Below, piece by piece: positions 19,237 through 28,526 of a DNA stretch of 62,507 nt. Under the pieces are notes generated by a model. That model ran no database searches, was not told the origin of the DNA, and was given only the letters and a program-made list of their open reading frames with translations. The stretch is taken from the NCBI GenBank assembly GCA_028282585.1, contig JANQHR010000088.1:1-62507 (forward strand), written 5' to 3'. This DNA is from Bacteroidales bacterium (GTDB lineage: Bacteria > Bacteroidota > Bacteroidia > Bacteroidales > UBA12077). A program made the position numbers and the translations under genes. The first letter of the stretch is position 1, and the number at the start of each line of letters is the position of its first letter.

Positions 19237-20127
19237 TTAAAAGCTGTTTTTATTGGTTAAGTATTCCATAAAGTAAACATAGGCATGTTCCAGGTTAGGT
19301 TCGACCTCAACTTTATTTTTAACATCCAGCTCATCGCCAACCAACTGGACTTCCCAACCATTTTCTGCAGGTATAGTAGAAATTATTGCATATTTCTCTT
19401 TTAGCATTTCGTATTCGAAACCAGAAGTTGTTACCTGCCAAACATGGCCTTTTGTTTTGTTTATCAATTCTTCAGGTGAACCTTTGAATCCTACTTTACC
19501 TTTATTTAAAAGTGCTAAGTCTTTGCACACACTCGAGATATCTCCAACGATATGTGTTGAAAGAATGATAATTACATCTTTCTGGCTTAGTTCAGATAAA
19601 ATATTCCTGAAACGAATACGCTCTTCCGGGTCCAATCCTGTTGTAGGCTCATCAACAACTATTATTTGAGGGTTGCCAATAAGGGCTTGTGCAATTCCCA
19701 GGCGGCGTTTCATACCTCCAGAAAGTTTATTGGCACTTCTGTCGCGTACATCAAATAAGCCAACTTTATCAAGCCATTCATCCACTTTTTCTGACCGTTC
19801 TTTTTTGCTGCTAATTCCTGATAACCCTGCAGCATAACTTAAAAATTCCCACGTTTTTAGCTTAGTGAAAAATCGAAAATCTTGTGGTAGGTAACCTAGC
19901 ATTTTACGAATATCGCCCCTGTTTTTTTGTAAATCGTACCCATTAATGCTAACCTTTCCATCTGAAGGCTTCATTAAGGTAACTAATATTCTCATAAGGC
20001 TTGATTTGCCTGCACCATTCGGCCCCAACAACCCAAACATCCCATTCTCTATTTCAAGGTTTATATTTGAAAGTGCTTGTTTCCCATTTTTGTAAACCTT
20101 ACTAAGGCTTTCAATTTGTATTTTCAT
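19237..20127 (-). CDS. ABC transporter ATP-binding protein (ABC-2/DrrA type)
   Basis: GPNGAGKSS, LSGGMKRR, VVDEPT, STH. Confidence 0.95.
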   Translation of the reverse strand: MKIQIESLSKVYKNGKQALSNINLEIENGMFGLLGPNGAGKSSLMRILVTLMKPSDGKVSINGYDLQKNRGDIRKMLGYLPQDFRFFTKLKTWEFLSYAAGLSGISSKKERSEKVDEWLDKVGLFDVRDRSANKLSGGMKRRLGIAQALIGNPQIIVVDEPTTGLDPEERIRFRNILSELSQKDVIIILSTHIVGDISSVCKDLALLNKGKVGFKGSPEELINKTKGHVWQVTTSGFEYEMLKEKYAIISTIPAENGWEVQLVGDELDVKNKVEVEPNLEHAYVYFMEYLTNKNSF

Positions 20128-20200
20128 TCTTTCCTGTAAATTCGGATAGTTATTTGTTCAATCTTATTATTAAACTACTAATAGCTAAACATATTTTGAA

Positions 20201-20230
20201 GTTAGACGACTATGTTAGTAATCAGTTACA
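20201..20230 (-). promoter_or_regulatory. ECF-sigma-type promoter of the export operon
   Basis: Minus strand TGTAAC-N16-CGTCTAA, about 75 nt upstream of the ATG. Confidence 0.55.
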
Positions 20231-20306
20231 GGAATTTCTTACAATTTTTGTTGAAAATCGTAGTTTGAATTTTTAATATGTTGATTAGTATAAAGTTGAG
20301 TGTTTG

Positions 20307-21662
20307 TTAAAACTTCAGAGTAAAAGTAGTTTTTAAGCCGGTTATTGATTCAACGAAAATGCTTCCTCTGTGCAATTGCATTATTTGCCTGGCAAGGCTT
20401 AAGCCAATACCAGAGCCTTGTTCTTTGGTTGTATAAAATGGAAGAAAAATTTCGTCGATGATTTCATGTTGAATTCCTTTTCCATTATCAATAATTTTGA
20501 TTTGGACATTATTGCTATTTGAATTAGAAGCAGTAAGGGTAATTTGTTTGCATTTTGCTTCAATGGAATTCTTAATCAAGTTTATAATGATTTGTTCTAT
20601 CTGCGATTTGTCAGCCATTAGCTCAAGTTCATCATTTTCTATGTAGTAGCTAAAAAAAATATTTTGATTTTTAAACTCTTTTTTCCAGAAAGTCTCAATA
20701 TCAGAAAATAAAGATTCTATATTTATTTGTTCAAAAACCGGATTAGGTAGTTTTGAAATGGTCCTAAAATTATCAACAAATTTCTGGAGTCCAATATTCC
20801 GATCTTTTATAATCATTAAACCTTCTGAAATATCAGTAATAAATCCAGGATTAATTTCATCAATCCGAAACGGTTTATTTGTTTCAGGATCAATAATAAG
20901 TTCATTGAGTGTATCAATTGTCGATGAAATTGGTCCAATAGAGTTCATAATTTCGTGTCGAAGTGTACGAACTAGCTTTTGCCAAGATTCTAATTCCTTT
21001 TCATCCAGTTCGTTTTTGATGTCTTGTATTGAAACAATTTTAAGTTTTTCATTATTTGTTTTAAAATCAGCTAATCGTATTGATAATTGTAAAATTTCCT
21101 TATTATTTTTCTTATTTGATAATTTAATTAGTTTATGTTCTGAAGGTTTTAACTGATTTAGAGTATTTGAGAATCCAGCATGAAGAATATCTAAATCACT
21201 AATCTTTGATATATTATCAATATTCAACAAATTCTTAATTGCTTTATTTGCAAGCTTTATCGTGCCATTTTCATTGAAACTAATTAGCCCAACATTTGCG
21301 ATATCAGTAAGTGTTTTAAAATATTGATCCTGTTTCGTATTTTGTTCCTTAAGTTTTAAAATTTGTTTATTTACGGTTTGTAACCTTCGGCTTAACCTTA
21401 AGTAATTAATATCTTGAAATTCATTTGTGAGTAAAATTGAGGAATCGTCATATTTAATCGAATCAAAAAAAGCGATCAAATCACGATTAACATAATTTAA
21501 TCTTCTTATTAATAGTATTACCTGAGCAATAAGTAATAAACCTATGTTCAGGTTAATTACAATGTCATGATATTTATGATTAGCAAAAAAGAATAAAAAG
21601 GAGGTTGCTGCTATTAAAACAACTCTTAAAATAATGTTTATATAGAGGTTTTTAAATATCAT
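20307..21662 (-). CDS. Sensor histidine kinase (2 TM, PAS, HisKA, HATPase)
   Basis: RHEIMNS, INLIKNS, DNGKG, GSGIGL. Confidence 0.93.
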   Translation of the reverse strand: MIFKNLYINIILRVVLIAATSFLFFFANHKYHDIVINLNIGLLLIAQVILLIRRLNYVNRDLIAFFDSIKYDDSSILLTNEFQDINYLRLSRRLQTVNKQILKLKEQNTKQDQYFKTLTDIANVGLISFNENGTIKLANKAIKNLLNIDNISKISDLDILHAGFSNTLNQLKPSEHKLIKLSNKKNNKEILQLSIRLADFKTNNEKLKIVSIQDIKNELDEKELESWQKLVRTLRHEIMNSIGPISSTIDTLNELIIDPETNKPFRIDEINPGFITDISEGLMIIKDRNIGLQKFVDNFRTISKLPNPVFEQINIESLFSDIETFWKKEFKNQNIFFSYYIENDELELMADKSQIEQIIINLIKNSIEAKCKQITLTASNSNSNNVQIKIIDNGKGIQHEIIDEIFLPFYTTKEQGSGIGLSLARQIMQLHRGSIFVESITGLKTTFTLKF

Positions 21663-23025
21663 ACTTTTTAATTTTTCTATATAATGTTTGACGTCCTACT
21701 TTTAACTCTTTAGCAGTTTCACTGATGTTCCAGTTATTTCTTTCAAGCGCTTTTTTTATAATGATTTTTTCACCTTCTTCCAGTGAAATTATTTTATTTA
21801 ATTCTTCGCTGGGGGATACTGGTTTTTCAAAAAAGAAATCTTCTGTTTTTAATGTATGGTCGTTGCATAGAATTACTCCTTTTTCTATAGTGTGTTTTAA
21901 TTCCCTCACATTTCCCGGCCATGAATATTCCTGGAATTTTTCCAGGGCCTTATTATTTATTTTAATGCCGGCTTTATTATAATGCTTTGAATATTGATCC
22001 AGGTAATAATCAGCTAGCACTAAAATGTCTTCTTTTCTTTCTCTGAGTGGAGGTAATATAATCTGAACCGTATTGATTCTATAAAGCAGATCTTCTCTGA
22101 ATAAATTATCCTTTATTAGCTGATTTATATCTTTATTTGTTGCAGTAACAAGCCTGATGTTCAATGGAATTAAATCATTTGATCCTACTTTTGATATCTG
22201 TCTGTTTTGTAACGCGGTGAGAAGTTTGGCTTGCATCATAAATGAAAGATTTCCAATTTCATCTAAAAATAAAGTTCCGCCAGCCGCTGTTTCAAATTTA
22301 CCAGTTCTGTCTTCGATGGCATCTGTAAATGCTCCTTTCACATGCCCAAATAGTTCACTTTCAAAAAGAGTTTCAGTTAAGGCAGCCATATCAACACCCA
22401 TAAAAATTTCCTGATTTCGAGGCGATAATTGATGAATCTTTCTTGCAATAAGCTCTTTGCCTGTTCCATTTTCTCCTAAGATAAGAACATTTGCATCAGT
22501 TTTAGCAACCTTTTCAATGGTCTCTAAAACTTTCTTCATTGAAGGAGAATTACCTGTTATTAACTCAAAATCTTTATTTAGGTTTTGCTTTAATGCATGT
22601 TGATTTTGTTCTAAATTTTTAAGTTTTAACTTCGTTTTTCGCATTTCATATGCTGCTTGAAGCGTAGCTAGCAATTTTTGATTGTTCCATGGTTTTTCAA
22701 TAAAATCAAAGCCTCCTGCTTTTATAGCTTTTACGGCAAGTTCCGAATCTCCATAAGCAGTTATAAGAATTACAATGGTATCCTGAGATATCTTCGAAAT
22801 TTCCTTTAACCAAAATAACCCTTCGTTACCAGAATTAATTCCTGCTGAAAAATTCATGTCTAGTAAAACAATATCAATATTATTAGATTTTAATGTTTTG
22901 TTTAGTTGATTTGGATTATTTAAAGTTAAAACTTCCCGTAATTTATATTTTAGAAAAAGTTTTAATGACCTTAAAATACTTTGGCTGTCATCTACAATAA
23001 GAATTGTTGCATCCTTTATATTCAT
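21652..23025 (-). CDS. Sigma54-dependent response regulator (NtrC family)
   Basis: REC domain, GENGTGKE, ESELFGHVKGAFTDA, WPGNVREL, Fis-type HTH. Confidence 0.95.
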   Translation of the reverse strand: MNIKDATILIVDDSQSILRSLKLFLKYKLREVLTLNNPNQLNKTLKSNNIDIVLLDMNFSAGINSGNEGLFWLKEISKISQDTIVILITAYGDSELAVKAIKAGGFDFIEKPWNNQKLLATLQAAYEMRKTKLKLKNLEQNQHALKQNLNKDFELITGNSPSMKKVLETIEKVAKTDANVLILGENGTGKELIARKIHQLSPRNQEIFMGVDMAALTETLFESELFGHVKGAFTDAIEDRTGKFETAAGGTLFLDEIGNLSFMMQAKLLTALQNRQISKVGSNDLIPLNIRLVTATNKDINQLIKDNLFREDLLYRINTVQIILPPLRERKEDILVLADYYLDQYSKHYNKAGIKINNKALEKFQEYSWPGNVRELKHTIEKGVILCNDHTLKTEDFFFEKPVSPSEELNKIISLEEGEKIIIKKALERNNWNISETAKELKVGRQTLYRKIKKYDI

Positions 23026-23184
23026 TTTAGTTAAATTATAAAATCAAATTTATTGTTATTTTTAATCGAATCCAAAATGTATGTATGATTTTGGAACAGT
23101 GTGTGGATGATTTTGAGGCAGTTTCAATCTAAAATTATTATTTAAGAGTGTTTAAATAATTGTAAGTCAATATTTAGTATGTTT

Positions 23185-23199
23185 TGGCATAAGCTTGGA
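23185..23199 (+). promoter_or_regulatory. Sigma54-like -24/-12 promoter
   Basis: TGGCATAAGCTTGGA (GG-N10-G); upstream TGT-N11-ACA at 23082-23098. Confidence 0.6.
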
Positions 23200-23250
23200 A
23201 ATTGCATCTAAAACTTGCTTGTAGCAAACAGGCATAAAAACTATAGAAGA

Positions 23251-25623
23251 ATGTTTATTAAAAATATTATTTTATCAATACGTATCATGTTAAGAAGTAA
23301 ATTGTTTTCTTTTCTTAACATTGTTGGGCTTGCATTTGGGTTAGCATGTACAATACTACTTTACTTGTGGATTACTGATGAATTAAATTATAATTCTCAC
23401 CACGAAAAATTAGACAGGATTTTTGTCGTTCAACATTGGCAACATTACGGTGATGAGGATTTTCAGTGTACGGTTTCTCCGGCTCCTATGGCTAAAGCAT
23501 TTAAAGAAAAATACCCGGAAGTTGAATTAACTGCAAGGTTTACATATGGATATAATGGTTTAGTTAGTTACCAGGATAAAAAGCTTATTCAGGATGTACG
23601 TACAGGAGACCCTGAGTTATTAGATATTTTTACAATCCCATTTGTATATGGCAGTAAAGAAGATTTTGCCAGTGGATTAAAAAATATTATAATATCCAGA
23701 AAAGTTTCTGAGCAGTATTTTGGTGACGAAAATCCTGTTGGAAAAACATTACTTTTAGACGATCAATATGCGTTCGAAATAAAAGGCGTATTTGAGAATT
23801 TCCCAAAAAATATGTCATATAGGTTTGAAATCTTGATTCCGTTTGAGAACCTAAAAGATTTTGGACAGGATCTGGAAAGTTGGGGAACTAACTTTTGTAC
23901 AACCTTTGCTCTTTTAAACCCGGGTGTTGATTACAAAAAATTTGAAACAAAAGCGGTAACTTTTCTCGATGAGATGAAGGAAAATCCGGAAGATGATAAA
24001 AATGAAGTGTTTCTAAATCCATTAAGCAGAATTCACCTTTATGATATAAAAGGAGGTGGGCGTATAGAATTAGTAAGAATATTTGGCATTATTGCAATTT
24101 TCATTTTATTAATTGCTTGCTTTAATTATATGAACCTGGCCACTGCAAGGGCAGAAAATCGGGCTAAGGAAATTGCTGTTCGTAAAGTATTGAGCGCTTC
24201 TAAGCAGAGGTTGGTAAAACAATTCCTTGGCGAGTCGTTTATATTTACGTTCATTGCTTTAAACTTTTCGTTAATACTTGTAAGGTTGTTATTGCCAGCA
24301 TTTAATGGAATGGCTGGCAAAGAACTGGAGATGGATTACACAAATCTTACAATTCTTTCAAGCTTACTTTCATTTTGGGTTTTTACGAGTTTTTTTGCGG
24401 GTTTATACCCGGCATTTGTACTTTCTTCGTTCAAGGTGGTGACTACCTTAAAAGGTTCCAGAGGTAACAGTCCAAAAGGAGGTGGTTTTAGAAAAGTATT
24501 GGTTGTTATTCAGTTTTCATTATCTATTGGGTTAATTATTTGTTCGTTGGTTGTTAGTAATCAACTCGAGTTTCTTAGAAAGAAAGATTTAAAATTCGAT
24601 AAGAATAATATGATTTATATTCCCATACAGGGTAAAATGATGGATAGGTATAGCTTAATAAAGGAGAAGCTTTTGGAGAACACGAATATTGTAAATATGA
24701 CTCGTACCTCGCATTCTAATCCATATATGATTGGAAGTAATGGAGGTGGCTGGACATGGGAAGATAAGGATCCTAATGTAAACCCATTGGTTTCTCAAAT
24801 GGTGGCTGATGAGGATTTTATTAAAACCTTTAAAATAAACCTTTTTGATGGAAGATTTTTTTCTCCTGAATTTGCGTCTGATACGAGTAGTGAACAAACA
24901 AATATTTATAATATAATTATAAATCAAACATTTGCTGACATTATTGGTAGCGAAGGAATTACAGAAAAAATAATTAAACGGGGAGGAGATACACAGTTTC
25001 CTGTAATTGGAGTAATTGACGATTTTGCTCATTTACCTGCAGATAGAGAAAATATGCCATTGGTAATTTACTTTCTTGAAGGACGTTACAGGTATGTTTT
25101 TGTAAGAATTTCTGGCGTAGAAATTCAAAATACTGTAAGGTATATTGAGTCTGTTTTTGCAGAATTTAACCCGGGTTTTGTTTTCGATTATGGATTTTTA
25201 GATGAAGGTTATGAAACCTTATATAAAGATGAGCAACGAGTTGGTAAAATTATGCGTTCATTTACCATATTTGCAATCTTAATATCTTGCTTAGGGTTGT
25301 TTGGGCTCTCTGCTTTCTCCGCACAAAAAAGGACAAAGGAAATTGGAATTAGAAAAGCGCTTGGGGCGCCTGTAAAAAATATCATATTTATGCTTTCAAA
25401 AGATATGACCAAATGGGTCCTCTTATCCAATGTAATTGCATGGCCAGTAGCCTATTATCTTATGAATAAGTTTTTGAAAAATTACCCGTACCATTATGAA
25501 TTGACTATTTGGGTGTTTTTATTAGCTGGCGGGTTAGCTATTGGACTGGCATTATTAACGGTTATTTACCAGGCTCTTGTAGCTTCAATTAGAAACCCGG
25601 TTGATAGCTTAAAGTACGAATAG
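23251..25623 (+). CDS. MacB/FtsX-family ABC permease (8 TM, two periplasmic domains)
   Basis: IACFNYMNLATAR..KEIAVRK, CLGLFGL..RTKEIGIRKALGA, NPVDSLKYE; start moved to ATG 23251. Confidence 0.93.
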   Translation: MFIKNIILSIRIMLRSKLFSFLNIVGLAFGLACTILLYLWITDELNYNSHHEKLDRIFVVQHWQHYGDEDFQCTVSPAPMAKAFKEKYPEVELTARFTYGYNGLVSYQDKKLIQDVRTGDPELLDIFTIPFVYGSKEDFASGLKNIIISRKVSEQYFGDENPVGKTLLLDDQYAFEIKGVFENFPKNMSYRFEILIPFENLKDFGQDLESWGTNFCTTFALLNPGVDYKKFETKAVTFLDEMKENPEDDKNEVFLNPLSRIHLYDIKGGGRIELVRIFGIIAIFILLIACFNYMNLATARAENRAKEIAVRKVLSASKQRLVKQFLGESFIFTFIALNFSLILVRLLLPAFNGMAGKELEMDYTNLTILSSLLSFWVFTSFFAGLYPAFVLSSFKVVTTLKGSRGNSPKGGGFRKVLVVIQFSLSIGLIICSLVVSNQLEFLRKKDLKFDKNNMIYIPIQGKMMDRYSLIKEKLLENTNIVNMTRTSHSNPYMIGSNGGGWTWEDKDPNVNPLVSQMVADEDFIKTFKINLFDGRFFSPEFASDTSSEQTNIYNIIINQTFADIIGSEGITEKIIKRGGDTQFPVIGVIDDFAHLPADRENMPLVIYFLEGRYRYVFVRISGVEIQNTVRYIESVFAEFNPGFVFDYGFLDEGYETLYKDEQRVGKIMRSFTIFAILISCLGLFGLSAFSAQKRTKEIGIRKALGAPVKNIIFMLSKDMTKWVLLSNVIAWPVAYYLMNKFLKNYPYHYELTIWVFLLAGGLAIGLALLTVIYQALVASIRNPVDSLKYE

Positions 25624-25624
25624 T

Positions 25625-26974
25625 TTAAAAAGTTAGAGTAAATATTGTTTGAATATTAGATTCGGACTGAACCGAGATACTACCTCCGTGTAACTGCATA
25701 ATCTGACGAGCAAGGCTAAGACCAATTCCTGAGCCTTGCTTTTTAGTCGTAAAAAAGGGCACGAAAATTTGATCTAATATATCGCTTGGAATTCCTTTTC
25801 CATTATCAGATATTTCAAGTATCACATTTTTATTTTTTTCCTGAAAGGCTGTTAAGGTTATAATGCCATTTATTCCTTCAATTGCCTCAATAGAGTTTTT
25901 TATAAGATTTATAATTATTTGTTCAAGATATTTTTTGTCAGCATTTAGTTCTAAATCAAAGGGTTTTATATTAATATGAAGGTTGATTTTATTTTCTTCA
26001 AGTTTGTTTTTCATTAATGCTTCAAGATTGTAAAATAATTCTGCAATCTTAATCCTCTCAAAGTTTAATTGTTTTAATGAAGCTATTTCCTTGTAATTCC
26101 TGACAAATTCTATTAAACCTTCTCCGCGATTTGCTATTAAACCTAGACCTTCTGAGGTTTTTTGAATTATTTGATCATTTATAGTTTCCTTTGTTACTTT
26201 TTTATTTTGGCGTTTATATAAATTTTGTAATGAACTAGCTAAAGAAGTTATTGGCGATACGGTATTATTAATTTCGTGAGTTAGAATCCGAATTAATTTA
26301 TGCCATGACTCAATTTCTTTTTGATCTAGTTCTGATTGGATATTTTGAAAAGATATCAATTTGTATTTATCAAATTTTTGTATGAATTCAGAGGCTCTTA
26401 ACGCTAGTGGAGTTGCTTTGTCTTTATTTTTAACCTGAATTAGTATTTCTTCGCCTGGTAAAATTTGTAAAATATTAGCGTGTAATTCTTTGTATTTTGG
26501 TCTTAATTCGCTGATATTATTAAGAAAACTAAGGCCAATTAAATCTAAAGCACTTTTGTTGATAACATCTACTTTTCCGTCTTTATTAAAAACTAAAATA
26601 CCTGTTTGTGCATTTTCAATTACACTTTTAAAATAGGATTGTTGAATTTCTTTTGATTCGTTTACTTTAAATAATTGGTTTCTGATATGGTTAATATCTT
26701 CTTCAACCTTTATTGAAATATGCTGAAAAATCTTGTTGTGAAATGTAAATGAGGTATCGTTTAACTTTAATGCAGAGAAAAAACCTGCAATTTCATTATT
26801 AAATCGGTTAATATATCTAAGAAGAAATGAAACCTGAATAAAGATTAAAAAAGATAATCCTAAAATAGAGAATGATCTTTCTTCAATATTTGATAAAGGT
26901 ATAACCAAAATAAAGGTAATTAGTATTAAAATAATCCTGATAACTATATTAAAATAAAACCTTTTACTAAACAT
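25625..26974 (-). CDS. Sensor histidine kinase, paralogue of 20307-21662
   Basis: THEINNT, INLIKNS, DNGKG, GSGIGL. Confidence 0.93.
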   Translation of the reverse strand: MFSKRFYFNIVIRIILILITFILVIPLSNIEERSFSILGLSFLIFIQVSFLLRYINRFNNEIAGFFSALKLNDTSFTFHNKIFQHISIKVEEDINHIRNQLFKVNESKEIQQSYFKSVIENAQTGILVFNKDGKVDVINKSALDLIGLSFLNNISELRPKYKELHANILQILPGEEILIQVKNKDKATPLALRASEFIQKFDKYKLISFQNIQSELDQKEIESWHKLIRILTHEINNTVSPITSLASSLQNLYKRQNKKVTKETINDQIIQKTSEGLGLIANRGEGLIEFVRNYKEIASLKQLNFERIKIAELFYNLEALMKNKLEENKINLHINIKPFDLELNADKKYLEQIIINLIKNSIEAIEGINGIITLTAFQEKNKNVILEISDNGKGIPSDILDQIFVPFFTTKKQGSGIGLSLARQIMQLHGGSISVQSESNIQTIFTLTF

Positions 26975-26986
26975 TATTTCTAGTTG

Positions 26987-28348
26987 TTAAAGTTTATATT
27001 TCTTTATCTTGTTATGTAATGTTTGCCTGGTTAAACCAAGTTCTTTAGCTGCATCAATTATTTTTCCCGAATTATTTTTGAGAGCTCTCTCAATAGCTTT
27101 TCTTTCAATTTCTTCGAATTTTAAAGGCCAATTGTCTTTAGAGATTGACTCTTGCTTTATCATAAAATCTTCTGGTTTAAGCAAGTTGCCAGAACTTAAA
27201 ATTACCGATTTTTCCATAGTATGTTTTAATTCTCTGATGTTACCGGGCCATTTATAGTTTAAAAGTGTATCAGCGGATTTCTTACTAAGCTTTAAATTTG
27301 GTTTTTCATATTTTGCGCTAAATATTTTAAGGTAATACTCGGCAAGTAATAAGATATCTTCACCTCTTTTTCTTAAGGGAGGTAACTCAATCTGAATAGT
27401 ATTTATTCTGTAAAATAAATCTTCGCGAAATAATCCCTTGCTAATTAGTGATTCTATATTTTTATTTGTTGCTGTGATTAAACGGATATCGATAGAGATA
27501 GGTAGATTACTTCCAATTGGAATGATTTCTCTTTTTTGAAGTACCGAAAGCATTTTAGACTGTAAAGATGGAGGAATGTTTCCAATCTCATCTAAAAATA
27601 AAGTGCTTTTATCTGCTATTTGAAATCTTCCAATCCTGTCTTCTTTAGCATCTGTAAAAGCTCCTTTTTTATGCCCGAATAGTTCACCTTCAAAAAGTGT
27701 TTCTGTTATAGTTCCCAAATCGACGTTAACTATTGGATTATTTTTACGTTTTGATTTTCTGTGAATTTCTTTCGCAATTAACTCTTTACCCGTCCCATTT
27801 TCTCCTAAGATCAAAACATTTGCGTCTGTAGAGGCAACTTTTTCAATAACAGAATATACTTTATTCATGGCAGGCGAAGTACCTACAACTTCTTCTGATC
27901 TGGATAAATCTTCGTTCAGAATTTTGCGTTCATCCCGTAACTTTTTTATTTGTGTTTGAGAAGATCTTATTTTTAAAGCAGATTTAAGAGTCGTAATTAG
28001 CCGATCATTATTCCAAGGTTTTGAAATGAAATCTGTTGCCCCTTTTTTAATTGCTTTAACCGCAATATCTACATCTCCATAAGCAGTTAGCATTACTACC
28101 GTTGCATTTTTATCTATTTTTAACAATTCATTAAGCCAGAATAAACCTTCATTTCCAGTATTAATTCCAGCAGAGAAATTCATATCAAGCAATACAATAT
28201 CTATTTCTTTATTTTGATATTCTTTAATTAATAAATTAGGATTAGAGATAGTAAATATGGTATCAAATTCATTCTCCAATAAGATATTTAAAGAACGAAG
28301 TATACTTTTATCATCATCAACAATTAAAATCTTTCCTTCTTTATACAT
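26987..28348 (-). CDS. Sigma54-dependent response regulator, paralogue of 21652-23025
   Basis: REC domain, GENGTGKE, ELFGHKKGAFTDA, WPGNIREL; ATG at 28348. Confidence 0.95.
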   Translation of the reverse strand: MYKEGKILIVDDDKSILRSLNILLENEFDTIFTISNPNLLIKEYQNKEIDIVLLDMNFSAGINTGNEGLFWLNELLKIDKNATVVMLTAYGDVDIAVKAIKKGATDFISKPWNNDRLITTLKSALKIRSSQTQIKKLRDERKILNEDLSRSEEVVGTSPAMNKVYSVIEKVASTDANVLILGENGTGKELIAKEIHRKSKRKNNPIVNVDLGTITETLFEGELFGHKKGAFTDAKEDRIGRFQIADKSTLFLDEIGNIPPSLQSKMLSVLQKREIIPIGSNLPISIDIRLITATNKNIESLISKGLFREDLFYRINTIQIELPPLRKRGEDILLLAEYYLKIFSAKYEKPNLKLSKKSADTLLNYKWPGNIRELKHTMEKSVILSSGNLLKPEDFMIKQESISKDNWPLKFEEIERKAIERALKNNSGKIIDAAKELGLTRQTLHNKIKKYKL

Positions 28349-28474
28349 ACTTTTAGTTAAGTTATACAATTTCGTAAAAAATATTACCTAAATGTAAAAA
28401 ATTTTTACATAAATATACAATTTTGTGTTTGCTCAAAAGGATTAATGTTTTGACTATTAATTTTTTAAAATTTA

Positions 28475-28489
28475 TGGTATCGTATTGGT
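28475..28489 (+). promoter_or_regulatory. Sigma54-like promoter
   Basis: TGGTATCGTATTGGT; palindrome tgtaaaaaatttttaca at 28393-28409. Confidence 0.55.
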
Positions 28490-28526
28490 AATAAAATAAG
28501 AAGGAAATAACTTAAATAACAAAATT

